DNA of 64,000 nucleotides from the human T2T-CHM13v2.0 reference genome, Homo sapiens: NCBI RefSeq assembly GCF_009914755.1, contig NC_060938.1. One strand, given 5' to 3'. The notes beneath the pieces are model-generated. The model ran no database searches. It was not told the origin of the DNA and worked only from the letters and a program-made list of their open reading frames with translations. This document shows, in pieces, positions 16,386-29,505 of this stretch. The translations under genes were made by a program, and so were the position numbers. Numbering within the stretch: the first letter of the stretch is position 1; every line of letters begins with the position of its first letter.

Positions 16386-17030
16386 GTATTCTCTGCATAA
16401 ACAAGCATATATATCTCCTGTTCTTTCTACAAATACCCTTTGCTACAGTACTGTTTTGCACCTAATTTTTGTCACTTATTATCTTAGAGATTGTTCCATA
16501 TAGCTTGACCTCATTCTTTCAAAGGTAGAGCCTGCCCTCCTAACCCCTTATCAATTCTGCCTCAGGGAATGACAGCTTTGCTATTATTGGTTATAACTGA
16601 TGCTTGGTAAATAGTTGACGAGTTGAATAAATTATGTTGAAACTGCACCCAGGTGGCTGGATTCGCATGTTCTGATGACTGGAGGAAACGGGTGCTCTGT
16701 TTTCAGTTTGGGGTCCTTTGTCTTCCAGGTGGTTCAGTCCCCTCCTTTCACTCTTCTTCAGGGGTTTTTCTCTCATCTTGGTCTGCGGTAGACTGAGGCA
16801 TAGAAATAGTTAAGCCTCAGTTCTTTTCTCTTTTCTCCCATTTCATAAGAATTCAATTTACAGGACAAAATCCCATCCATTGTATTAAAAGAGGCACAAC
16901 TGTATGAAGAATCACTAGAAGGCGATATGAAAATGTGCCTGGGTAGAGCCTGGTGTCCAGATGCCCAGCAAATGCATTTTGGATAAATTTGGGGTTCACT
17001 TGTGTCTTGTGTGATTATTACGTAGCCCCT

Positions 17031-17410
17031 TGTAATGAATTGAATTATATTTTTCCCCCAAATTCATATTTTGAAACCCTAACCTCCAATGTGACTGTAT
17101 TTGGGGACAGGACCTTTGAAGAGGTGATTAAGATGATATGAGGGCTTAAGGGTGAGGCCCTAGCCCAATAGGACTGGTGTCCTTATAAGAAGAGGAAGGG
17201 GCACTAGGTGTGCTCACACACGGAGGAAAGGCCAGATGAGAACACAGCCAGAAGACGGCCCACAAGCCAGGGAGGGAGGCCCCAGGAGAAACCAAAACTG
17301 CTGACACCCTGATCTTGGGCTTCCAGCCTCCAGAACTGTGAGAAATAAATTTGTTATTTAAGTCACCCAGTCTGTAGTAGTTTATTACGGCAACCCTAGC
17401 AAACTAATAT
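17031..17410 (+). mobile_element. MLT1B-like MaLR LTR
   Basis: tgtaatgaattgaatt...ccaaattcatat...gactggtgtccttataagaagagg...ttccagcctccagaactgtgagaaataaa. Confidence 0.9.
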
Positions 17411-17465
17411 TCTACCCACCCTAAAAGGCCCAACCTTTTAATACCATTACAATGGGGATTAAGTT

Positions 17466-17780
17466 TTGTTTTGTTTTTTCTTTTTTGAGACAGGATCTCA
17501 CTCTGTCACCCACGCTGGAGTGCAGAGGTTTGATCTCAGCTCACTGCAACCTCCACCTCCTGGGTTCAAGTGAACCTCCTGCCTCAGCCTCCTGAGTAGC
17601 TGGGAATACAGAAGCACACCAACATGCCTGGCTTTTTTTTTTTTTTTTTTTTTTTTTTTTGGTAGAGACAGGGTTTCACTATGTTGGCTAGGCTGCTCTC
17701 TAACTCTTGGCCTCAAGTCACCTGCCTGACTTGGCTTCCCAAAGTGCTGGGATTACAGGTGTGAACCACCCCACTTGGTC
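17466..17780 (-). mobile_element. AluJ inside a minus-strand MST/MLT1A fragment (~17412-17833)
   Basis: Dimer; TSD ggg(a)attaagttt. Confidence 0.9.
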
Positions 17781-17972
17781 GGGAATTAAGTTTAACATGA
17801 GTTTCTGAGGGGGCAAACATTCAAACTGTAGTACTTAGATAAGCTTGTTCTTCTTTTGCCTCAGTTTCCTCACTTATAAATACCCAGGGGATTGCTGGGT
17901 CATATAGTAAGTGAATATGTAACTATACAGGAAACTGCCAGGCTTTTCAAAAGTGCTATATGATTTTGCATT

Positions 17973-18272
17973 TGTTTTTTTCTTTTTGTGGAGAGTCTTG
18001 CTCTGTCACCCAGGCTGGGGTGCATTGGTGCGATCTTGGCTCACTGCAACCTCTGGGTTGCAGCCTGGGCTCAAGCGATTCTCCACCTCAGCCTCCTGAG
18101 TAGCTGGGATTACAGGTGTGTGTCACCATGCCTGGCTAATTTTTGTATTTTTAGTAGAGACGGGGTTTTGCCATATTTGCCAGGCTGGTCTTGAACTCCT
18201 GACCTCAAGTGATCCGCCTGCCTCGGCCTCCCAAAGTGCTGGGATTACAGGCATGAACGACCATGCCCAGCC
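17973..18272 (-). mobile_element. Alu (old S or J/S)
   Basis: Dimer flanked by ttttgcatt; local inverted insert at 18056-18063. Confidence 0.92.
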
Positions 18273-19383
18273 CTGTTTTGCATTCCTACCAGCAAAGTAT
18301 GAGATCTCCAGTTGCTCCCCATACTTGCCAACTCTTGGTACTGCTCTCTTTTTAATTTCAGCTATTCTAGTGGTGGTAGCAGTATCGTGTGGTTTTAATT
18401 TGCATTTTCCTAATGACAGTGATGTTGAGCATATTTTCATTTGCATATTTGCCATTTGTATTTCCTTTGTGAAGTGTCTATTCAAATCTTTTGCTTCTTT
18501 TTAATTGAGTTAATATCTTATTATTGAGCTACAAGAGTTCTTCGTATATACTAGATATAAACCTTTTTACAGATGTATGTATTGCACATATACTTTTTCT
18601 GTTTATGGTTTGCCTTTTTAAAAAATTCTGTCTTTCAAAGAATAGGAGGATTTTATTTTGAGCTAGTCTGATTTATCAAAAATTTTTTTCTTCTAGAGTA
18701 CATGTTTCTATATACTAAGAATTTTTGCCTTTACTAAGGTCACAAAATTTTTCTCTTATGTTTCCTTCTAGTTTTTAATTTAGCTTTTACATTTAGGCCT
18801 ATGATCAATTTTAAGTAAATTTTCATTCATAGTGTGAAGCAAGTTTCAAGACGTATTTTTTGCTTGTGGATATTCAATTGTCCTAGCAACATTTGTTGAA
18901 GATCTTTTTCCATCGGATTACCTTGGCATTTTTGTCAAAAATCAATTGACCGTATCTGAGTGGATCTATTTCTGGACTTTCTATTCTGTTTCATTGATCT
19001 ATATGTCTGCCCTATGTTAATAGCTCATTATCTTTATTATTGTAGCTTTATGGCAAATCTTAAAATAGTGTAGCTCTTACACTATTTTAGCATGTAGTGT
19101 AGGAGGTAGTCTGAATCCTCCAACTTCGTTCTCCTTTTTCAAAGTTGTTTTGGCTATTTTAAGTTCTGAGCATTTACATATAAATTTTATTATCACGCTG
19201 TCAATTTCTGATAAGGAAAAACCTGGTGGCATTATGATGCAGATTACATTGAATCCCAATAGTTTAGGAGGTACTGATACCCTAATACTGAGATTTCCAA
19301 TCTGTAAACATATATGTCATCACTTATTTGGGTCTTTTTTTTTGGTGGCTATTTTGTTGTTTTCAGTGTAGAGGTTTAGCATA

Positions 19384-19696
19384 CAGTAGCTCCCCCTTAT
19401 CCATGGTTTCACTTTCCAAGGTCTCAGTTACCCATGGTATAATAAAAGATATTTTGAGAGAGAGAGAGAGACCGACCACATTGATGTAACTTTAATTACA
19501 GTATCTTGTTATAGTTATCCTGTTTTATTATTAGTCATTGTTGCTAATCTCTTACTGTGCCTATTTTATAAATTTAACTTTATCATATGTATGTATGGAA
19601 AAAACATAGCGCCTATAGAGTTCAGTACTATCCACAGTTTCAGGCATCCCCTGGGGGTCTTCAACTATATCCCCTGTGGGTAAGGAGGGACTACTG
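19384..19696. mobile_element. MER44 (TcMar-Tigger MITE)
   Basis: TIRs cagtagctcccccttatcc / gggtaaggagggactactg with TA TSD on both sides. Confidence 0.9.
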
Positions 19697-19758
19697 TATA
19701 TTTTGTTAAGTTTATCCACAAGTGTTTCATATTTTTTGATGCTATTGTAAATGGTGTT

Positions 19759-20318
19759 TGTGGCAACCAGCCTCCAGATTGTCCCCCAGTGATCCTTCCC
19801 TCCTGGTATTCATACCCTTGTATAGTCCCTCCTATCCCCCACATGGTACCAGGGTTGGTCTGTGTGACCAGGAGAATATAGCAGAAGTGATAGAATGCTA
19901 CTTCTGAGACTAGGTGGTACTAAAAGACATAAAAGACATCATGTCTTCTTTGCTCTTGTTTGAATTGCCTGTTCTAGAGGACACTGGGAGCAGCTCTATT
20001 GGAAGGTCTATGTGGAACTAGATTTTCCTCAACGAGGAAACTAGAACTTTCCTCAACGAGGAACTGAGGTCTCCATCAACACTGTGCAGGAGTCTTCTTG
20101 GAAGTGGATCCTCCAGCCCTGGTCAGGCCTTCAGATGTCAGCAGCCCTCGCTGACATCTGGACTACAACCTCAAGAGACCCTAAGCCAGGCCACCCAGTG
20201 AAGCTGCTCCCAGATTCCTGACTCTCAGAAGCTGTGTGAGATAAAAAATACAATGTTTATTGCTTTAAGCTGTCAAATTTTAAGGTAATTTATTATGCAA
20301 TAATAAAGAACTAATACA
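19759..20318 (+). mobile_element. MLT1F-like solo LTR
   Basis: tgtggcaaccagcctcc...gaactaataca; 5-bp TSD gtgtt / gtatt; L1 sequence resumes after it. Confidence 0.88.
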
Positions 20319-23019
20319 GTATTGTAAAAAATTAATATCTTTTAAATTTTAATTTCTAATTCTTTGTTTCTGTCATGTAGAAATTATTAAAATATTGACC
20401 TCGATCCTGTGTTCTTTCTAAAATTGGCTGTTTTGCAGATTTTAAAGGATTTCTACATAAGCAATCGTGTCATCTGTGACAAAGACGGTTTTACTTCTTT
20501 TGATATCTAGATGCCTTTTGTTTATTTTGCTGCCTTATTAAAGTTGTCAGGACCTTCAGTATAATGTTGAATAAAAGTGGTGAGAGCAAATAGTCTTACC
20601 TTGTTCTTGATCTTAAGGGGAAAGCATCCAGTCTTTCCCCATAAGTATAATGTTAGCTGTAAGTTTGCCAGAGATATCCATTATCAGATTGAGGATTTTT
20701 TTTCCCCTGTTCTTAGCTTACTGAGAACTTTTATTATGAACCATTTCCTAATATTTTTCTGAACCAATGGAGATAATCATATGGTCTTTTTTTTGGTTAT
20801 GTTAATATGGTGAATTACATTGATTGACATTTGAATGTTAAGCCAGCCTTGCATTCCTAGGATATACCCCACTTGGTCATAATGTATGAATTGTCTTGGG
20901 AAATATTTGATGAATGCTTTTTTCTTTTCTATTATTTGGAACACATCTGCATTTCACTTATCTGTCAGAGCCCTGGAGACTTTACTCCCTATTAGCTGCT
21001 GCTTGGGATCACAGTGGTCCCATGGTGTCTGAAGTCTACATAAGTGAGCTTTGGTAACCCTCTGAGATCTTCAGGTGGGGTGCCCAGACTGAGACATGTG
21101 GGAATCTTGGTAGACTGGTGACAACATCTTGCCCTCCTTGAATCAGTATATTTGTTCAAATGAAATGTTCAACTTCAATTTGGGGGAGGAGCTGAAAACT
21201 GGGAGAGTGAGTAGAAGAGTGGGGAAGGAAGACTACTGGTGGAACGTCAGTTTCCCTGTCCTTTAACCAATTTAGCCCCTGCCTGAGATGAATGTCCTGA
21301 AGATAACTGGCCCCATTGTCCTTAGAAGGCAGCTTCTGTTGATACTCAAATATTCTTCCAGTGTAGAAGAAGAAAAACAGAAATTTAAACAAAAATTTAA
21401 GCAAAAAAGGGTTTTATGATGGCAGTTTTACAGAATCTTGGGCATATGGTGGAGAATCAGAAAATGTATAGGAACCAGAGAAGAGTTACCTTAGCATGTC
21501 ACTGTGGATCCTGCCATCCCCGGACCTCACCATAACATGTTGGGGCCCTTGATTCTGCAGTGGCTGGTGCGTCATCTCTGACATCTTTGATTTGCTCCAT
21601 GTCTTGACATCACTTTCTTCCATGATTCAGGGTCCTATGTAGAAGCATCCAATTGGCCAAGCCTGGGTCAGTCTCTCAGGCCGTTGAAGAATGGGAGAGG
21701 GAATATCTGCCCCTCAGATTTCTATAGTGAGATATGGGCCCCTCCTTAAAATAAGGAGAATAGTTAGATAGCGGCCTCCCTAATTTGACAAATATCCACT
21801 ATGAAAGCACAGCCTTTAGGGGTCTTAGCCACATATCCAGGATCATTTTACAATATTCCTTCAACCCTTACTCTACATTTCCTGAGAAGAGTTTTGAGAA
21901 GAACATTTTCCCCTCCATCTCCTTGTTTCCAGTGACACACTAGCACCCTTGTGAGGTTTGGTGCACCTTTCCTTATGCGCTGGTGCTCCAGGCACCTGCC
22001 TGGCAGACTCACCCCTTAATCTGACTCTGAACTATCTTTTCATAGTGCCTGGAGCTCAGTAGGGGTTTGATCAATATTTTTTGAAAGACAAGTGTCCTCC
22101 TTGGGACTCCAGGCAGATGGATATGAGATAGTACAATAAATAGTTTTCACTAAAGAGTGATGAGGCTATGGGGAGTCTGTCTTCGGCCTGCCTGTGAGCT
22201 GGGGTGAGTATCCACATGCTCTGAGTAGGGAGACTGAGCTCTGGGACTCTAGAAGGGAAACTGTCAATGGATGAGATGATAGAAAAGAGCCTGGGTGTCT
22301 CCACTGAGTCCCAAACAGCTGCCAACTTCTCAAGGTTAATGAGTTGAAAAGGGCTAGAACCTCTGGGCTTTCTCCTGTGTGCAGTCTACTGTGGGTCTTG
22401 GAGTCTGTGAAATAGCTAGTGAGCTGACTAAAGAAATACAGTCTCTCTTCTGTTCTCTCCCCATTCCATTTTTTATTATCGTCCCTTATCTGCATCTCAT
22501 CTAGTCTGGGACAATCAGATGACAAAAGAATTCTACTTTAAAACAAGTGCACTCAGGTATTTATAGTAAGGAAATGTGACTGAATGAGCTAGCTACTAAA
22601 AATAGAAGGTCTGACTTAATCCATTCAGGAAGATTGTGGCCCAATGTGTTTAGGGATAAATCAGTTCAGATCTAATATTTAGAAAACTTATCCCAGATTT
22701 GGATGGTTGACCTCTTGTGAAAAAATGCTCTAGAATTTTCCAGATTGGTAGCAATGCTGGGATGGGCTTTGCATGAAAAAACCTTGACTCTTAGCCTGGG
22801 CACCAGGAGATCTAAAGTGTGTTCCAATTTTACTAGACAAAAATTGGTCCAAATACTCTAAACTTTGCACCATATCAATTTCAGTAGGGCTTGCTGAGAT
22901 CATAAGGGAGATTTGGGGCTCTGACTTACATTTGGGGAATACTATCTCTCTGTCAATTTTCTGTTTGATGCTCATTTAATTTTCCCACTTGTGTATATTC
23001 CTTGAACGTCTAAACAAAT

Positions 23020-23200
23020 GTACAACATTTATTGAGCATTATAGGTGCCATGCACATGCTAGGCCCTTCTCATGCTATTTATTTAAGCCTCACCATAACC
23101 GTGATACATGCTTTCAATTTTGCCATTATAGAAACTGAGTCTGAGCTAGGATTTTCCAAAGCCAAGTTACTTGTGAATATTAGATTGAGATCTGAACTCA
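23020..23200 (-). mobile_element. MIR
   Basis: catttattgagcatt...gaaactgagtctgag. Confidence 0.6.
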
Positions 23201-23877
23201 TATTTAGCGTTAGAGACAGACATCGAGTCTTGCCGTATTTCTGCAGACATTTTATTCTGGGCTGTGTACCTGCAGACCCTCAGTAAATGTTTATTTATGA
23301 TGAAGGCTTTCTTGACTAATTCTCTCATCATTCCCTCCTCCTTTGAGCTCAAACAGCACAACTGTACTGTTCAACTTCATGTACATTTTATATCATCCAT
23401 CGTATCAGTTAGGAATGTGTTAAGTTGCAAGGAAGAAAACCCCAACCAATGTTGTGGTTTAAAAAAAAGGATGCATAAAAACCAAATAGTCCAATTAAAA
23501 AATGGGCAAAGGGCCCGAATAGAAATTTTCTTCCAAATAAGACATACAAATGGCCATAGGTCTAGGAAAAGGTGCTCAGCATCACTAACCATCAGGGAAA
23601 TACAAATGTAAACCATGATGAGATATCACCTCATCACTGTCAGGATGGCTATTATCAAAAAGACAAGAGATAAATATTGGGAAAAGTGTAGGGAAAAGAG
23701 AACCCTTGTATACTGTTGGTGTGAATGTAGATTGGTACAACCAATACAGAAATAGTATGGAAGTTCCTCCACAAATGAAAACTAGAACTACCATATGATC
23801 CAGAAGGCATATACATGAAGGAAAGGAAATTAGTACCTTGAAGAGACATCTGTACCTACATGTTCACTGAAGCACTA

Positions 23878-24722
<845 letters not shown>

Positions 24723-24975
24723 CTAAAATAGTTGAATTCATAGAAGCTGCAGAGATTAGAATGGAGGTTGCCAGGGGCTGGAAGGTGGGGGAAATGGGGA
24801 GATGCTGGTCAAAGGGAAAAAACTTGCAGTTATAAGAGGAAAATGTTCTGGGGACTTAATGTACAGGATGGGTGGTAATGAATTTGACTGTGCTAATCAT
24901 TATACAGTATACACATAAATCATTACATCATATACCTTGAATATATTTAATCTTTATTTGACAAATAGTTTAAAA

Positions 24976-25685
24976 AATGGCTGCAAGTTCTTTGACACCC
25001 CTCCAATTGAGAGGTGGGGGTCCATGTCTCCTCCCCTTGAATCTGGGGACTCATTGGCCAACTGAGTACCACAGAAACAATACTACATGACTTCTGCATG
25101 AGTCTAGGTCATAAAACATCATGCAAATGACTTTTTTATGTCACCAAGTTTTAGAGTAGCTTGTTACACACCAAAAGTAACTGGAACGCCCAAGGAACAG
25201 TAGTTTACAGCAAAAGAGGTACATGAATGTATGTATTTAATATAGCTGGAGATCCAGAGGTGGGCTCTTGTTGGCATTAGTTCACTGTTGAACAGTGTCA
25301 TCAGGGACCCAGGCTCTTTCCACATGCTCAGGTTGTCATCCTTCATACAATGGCTTCTGTCCTCATGCTTGTTGCTTCATAGTTTGGCATAATTGCTGTA
25401 GCTCCGGGCATTGTGTCTGCATGCAAGTTAGAAAAAAGGACGGCCAGAGCCAGCCTCATCTCTATGATTTTATTAGGAAAGCAAAAGCTTTCTCAGAACT
25501 TCCCAGATGTTCACTTGCATCTAATTGGCTGGAATTTTGTCATATGACCATCCTTAATGGGAAGGGAGGCTGAGAAAAATGAGTACTTACCTGGGCACAT
25601 TGCTGTCCTAAACACAATCTGGGTTTGCTTAGCAAGGACACAGGAGAACATAAATATTATGTGGGGAAGACCAGTGTCTGGCACA
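24976..25685. mobile_element. MLT1G/H fragment (+, ~24976-25190) and MLT1K/L-like LTR (-, ~25220-25685)
   Basis: ttctttgacacccctcc...aagtaactggaac; tcatcagggacccaggctctttcc...attggctggaatt...gggaggctgagaaa. Confidence 0.7.
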
Positions 25686-25863
25686 TACCTCAAATGTTTT
25701 ACTTGTTTTCTGGTTGGCTCCACTAAATGGCCAGTCTTTGACAGAGACAAACCCTGTTACTTCTCTGGAATGCTCGTTAGCATCTAATATAGCACTGAGA
25801 ATGTAATTCCTGTTTACTGTGTTCAGTTGTTGAAAAAAAGGAGAAAAAAAGGAAGACGTTTTT

Positions 25864-27180
25864 CAGAGCAAAGGTCTTTACATTTTTTTCCTTGCATAGC
25901 TCTTGAAAAAATGTTGAAAGACAATGTACCCCCTTGCATATTTTAGACTTGATATCTACTTTTTAAATTGTAACTATGCATAGTTGAAAAGGATATAATA
26001 TTTGGCATATTGTAAATACTGACATTTAAAAATGAACCTATTACATTGTTCTTTTATATGTTCCTAATGAAAGCCATATATATGTATAAAATAGTAATTT
26101 GATACTGCTACCTTCTATTTAAAAAGACACAAACAAGCTTTTCTTTAGTAGTTATAAATTTTCCCATCATTCCTTTTTTTTCCTTGAACTTGTATTTTCA
26201 TTCCACTTTCCCTACCAAATTTTATCCTAATGTAATATATTTTATGCTTGAAAGTGTTTTATTGATTTCTGCATCATTCTTCTCTGCAACAAAAACGTGC
26301 ATATAAATTGAAATAACATTTTAAAACATTTCATGTGACTAAAAGGCTCTGAGTATTGAAAAATTTCTTCTGGATTGAATTATGAAAATTATTACTACTA
26401 CACAATTGAGAAAAACAACATAACTATATTATATATTTTGATATATAATTATTAGACACAAAAAGTAAAATTACATTGGAAATGCACCTGCTATGAGATG
26501 GGTAGGATTTTTAAAAATTGTTTCATGTGTCTGTGGGCGAATATTACTTATTGCTAGAATGAGACAAATGTTGGCATCAATTACAATTCTCTTTTTTGTT
26601 TATTAAGACACAAGGGCTGAAAATGTTGCTCACATAAGTAGGTGGAAATGTTAGGAATATTGATACATTTGAATTATTTGAGCTGCTTTCAAGTCATATA
26701 TTTAAAAGTCACAGTGATCTATCATCAAAAATTATCTTTAATCATCTATCAATTTACAGCTCAATTAGGGCTTCCTTCAGTTATGTAGGAACCGCTTGAC
26801 TTGGAAAAGAACTTGTTACCCCATCATTTGAGCTGTTCACTTGCAAATGGATTTGCTATCTAATCATTGTTCACAACCTCAGTATTTCCGTTTACTCTCT
26901 GTTAGAGCCCTGGACATTTATATTCCATGATGCATCGTATTAAGATTTGGGATAGCTGAGAACTGTGGCTTTCTTCTGTTACGTGGGAGAAGGGCTCCTG
27001 TGGAAAGAGAAGGCAGGGAAAGAGAATTTGCTTCATGTCCCCTTTGCAGGCAGATCAGTTTCAGGAGAACCTGTAGGAAAACTGAGGATCTGGAAACTGA
27101 GCTTCACAAATCTGTTCATGCCCCCAAACCAAGTCTGCTTGTACCCACTAGGGTATGAGTACCCCATTTAGACTGCTGTT
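25864..27180 (-). mobile_element. hAT-Charlie DNA transposon with transposase C-terminal remnant (~26530-26900)
   Basis: Minus-strand degenerate peptide IANPF...LKEALIEL.IDR.LKIIFDDRSL...TFPPTY resembles the Charlie transposase dimerisation region; terminal gtacccactagggtatgagtacccc motif. Confidence 0.75.
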
Positions 27181-27249
27181 CCAGAGGACGTTGAACTCAT
27201 AGAGATGTTAACACTTTTGCAGAGGATGGATTTGCTTGAGTTTCCCTTC

Positions 27250-27470
27250 TGGTATAGTGGCTTTCACTTAATGTGCTGTTCTGTGCTAAGTGCCTAACAG
27301 ATAAGGTCTTCTTGAGTCCTTAGAACAACCTTAAGAGGGAGGAATCATTATCTCTATTTTGCAGATGCAGGGGCTAAGGGAAGTGGCAGCCAGCAAGTGT
27401 GAAAGCTGGGGTTCAAACCCAGGGCTGTGAGAATTGCAGAGCCTGAGCTCTTCAGCCATTGTATTAAATT
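27250..27470 (-). mobile_element. MIR
   Basis: tattttgcagatg...ctggggttcaaacccagg. Confidence 0.7.
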
Positions 27471-27586
27471 GTACCTTTCTTTAGGTACTGTGAGCATGGC
27501 TCTTCATACCAGGTGTTGCCTGGACTGTTGCTGCTGTTGCTGCTGCTGGTGGTTTTCTGTCTCTTTCTTGGTGAGTTTCTCTAAAG

Positions 27587-27751
27587 CGGCAGTTCTCAAA
27601 CTGTGGTGTGCATCAGGATCAGCTGGAGGCTTTAAGACACAGATGGCTGGGCTGCGCGTCCAGAGTTTCTGATTCAGTAGGTCTGATGCAAATGCTGAGA
27701 ATCTGCATTTCCAACTCCCCAGGTTTGGGAACCACACTTTGAGAAACACTT
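27587..27751. mobile_element. MER5A (hAT-Charlie MITE)
   Basis: gttctcaaact...ctgattcagtaggtctg...cacactttgagaaacact; 8-bp TSD ctctaaag at 27579-27586 and 27752-27759. Confidence 0.9.
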
Positions 27752-27809
27752 CTCTAAAGAATGTCCAGCCTCATGGGAGAGATTCCCTTTTCTAATGCAT
27801 TTGGGGACT

Positions 27810-28180
27810 TTTTATATATATATATATTTTTTATTATTATTATACTTTAAGTTCTAGGGTACATGTGTACAACGTGCAGGTTTGTTACATATGTATACAT
27901 GTGCCATGTTGGTGTGCTGCACCCATTAACTCATCATTTACATTAGGTATATCTCTAATGGCAACAAAAGCCAAAATTGACAAATGGGATCTAATTAAAG
28001 AGCTTCTGCACAGCAAGAGAAACTACCATCAGAGTGAACAGGCAACCTACAGAATGGGAGAAAATTTTTGTAATCTACTCATCTGACAAAGGGCTAATAT
28101 CCAAAATCTACAAAGAACTCAAACAAATTTACAAGAAAAAAACAACCCCATCAAAAAGTGGGTGAAGGATATGAACAGAC
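27810..28180 (-). mobile_element. Short 5'-inverted L1PA (PA3/PA4-like): 3'UTR on - (27810-27955), ORF2 piece on + (27956-28180)
   Basis: ttatactttaagttctagggtacatgtg...; + strand [17 protein letters not shown]2 peptide; flanking gacttttt on both sides. Confidence 0.9.
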
Positions 28181-28439
28181 TTTTTTTAAAAAAATTTCTT
28201 TTAGGGCTGAGATTTTCACCTGCCTAGAAATGAGTATGTATACATATGCACGTTACATGTATATTTCAACATCTGAAACAACTTTGGAAAAAACTCATGC
28301 TACAGGAGTTTTTGCTGGAGATTTTTTGAGTGATTTTGTTCATGGGCATGCCTGCATTAGGGGGAAATTGTGCTGACATATTTTTATTCATTTATACTTT
28401 GTTATATATTTTATATATATTTTATTCATTTATACTTTG

Positions 28440-28870
28440 TTCATGAAGGTCCTCTTTGTCTTTGCCAAGTTATTCCCTCTATTTGGATGGAATGTCCTTT
28501 TCCCCATGCTTCACCCATTGGTTTATTCTTCAAGACTCTTTTCAAGGTAATATCTCCTCTGTGAAGTTTCCTGGCGGAGTTAAGTCTCTTTCCAGAACTC
28601 CTCCATTCTGCATAGCATTCTACAGGTGTGATTAGCTTACACATTCTCTCTCCCATTGGTTGAGTTCAGTGCTAGTAAACACTAAATAAATAATAACACT
28701 TTGCTGACATTAAGTGGGTGTTTACTATATGCTAGGCATTTGCTAAACACCTTACATATACTATTTCATTAAATGCCTACATCTACCTTATGAGGTAGAT
28801 ATTGTTGTCATCCCTCTTTCACGGTGGAGGAAACCAAGGCACAGAAGGGTAACTGCCAAGGGCACATAAA
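28440..28870. mobile_element. L2 fragment followed by MIR (-)
   Basis: ttggatggaatgtcctt...cctctgtgaagtttcc; gaggaaaccaaggcacaga. Confidence 0.6.
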
Positions 28871-29289
28871 TGTTGAGGGGCATTTCCTTGTTGCAGTCCC
28901 TGAGGTCCAGGACTGAACCTCAGGCTTACAGCTTCCAAGTACTGATCTATCAGCCCATGAAGCTAATTGACACTGAGGTATATAATTCCTATCAAGAGAA
29001 TGCTAGTCCATCAATTGGTATAGGGAGAAATGCCAAAGGGAATGGACATTCTGGGCAGTGTGTTCTCTCTCCTACGGCAGGTTTCTTAGAAGCCAAACCA
29101 TAGCCTCCATTTGACCATTCAGTACAAGTTCACACCAGGGAGTTAGTAATATGTGTCCAATCTGTGGTGGTCTTGGGTTTAGACGATCTACTTCTGTGAC
29201 AAGGATATTGCTGGGAGCCATAGGGCAAATCCTTGGGCATGACAGCTTCATGGAGAAGACCAGGGACTCTGCAGCTAGCCTGGGCAGTT

Positions 29290-29495
29290 TCACATTTCAG
29301 CTCTGCCACTTACCAGCTGTGTGACCTGTAAGTTACTCAGTTGCATAGTACCTGTTTCCTCATCTGAACAAAGATGTTGATGATAACGAAGCCTATCTCA
29401 TAGGCTTAATTGTAAGGGCTAAATTCTTTAGCATAAGTAAAGAACTTAGGAGAGTGTCCAGATATAACCAGAACTGTGCAAATACTATTCATTAT
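29290..29495 (+). mobile_element. MIR
   Basis: cagctctgccacttaccagctgtgtgacct...tgtttcctcatctg. Confidence 0.8.
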
Positions 29496-29505
29496 TGTGA
29501 CTCTT

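Larger units (their letters stand above)
17875..20890 (-). mobile_element. Old L1M (L1MB/MC-like) ORF2 region, interrupted by Alu, MER44 and MLT1
   Basis: Degenerate ORF2 peptides ([23 protein letters not shown]; IAKTTLKKENEVGG). Confidence 0.88.

Noticed and set aside
27524-27550. CTG/CAG-like triplet run giving polyQ/polyC ORFs
   Set aside because: Short, interrupted, non-exonic simple repeat
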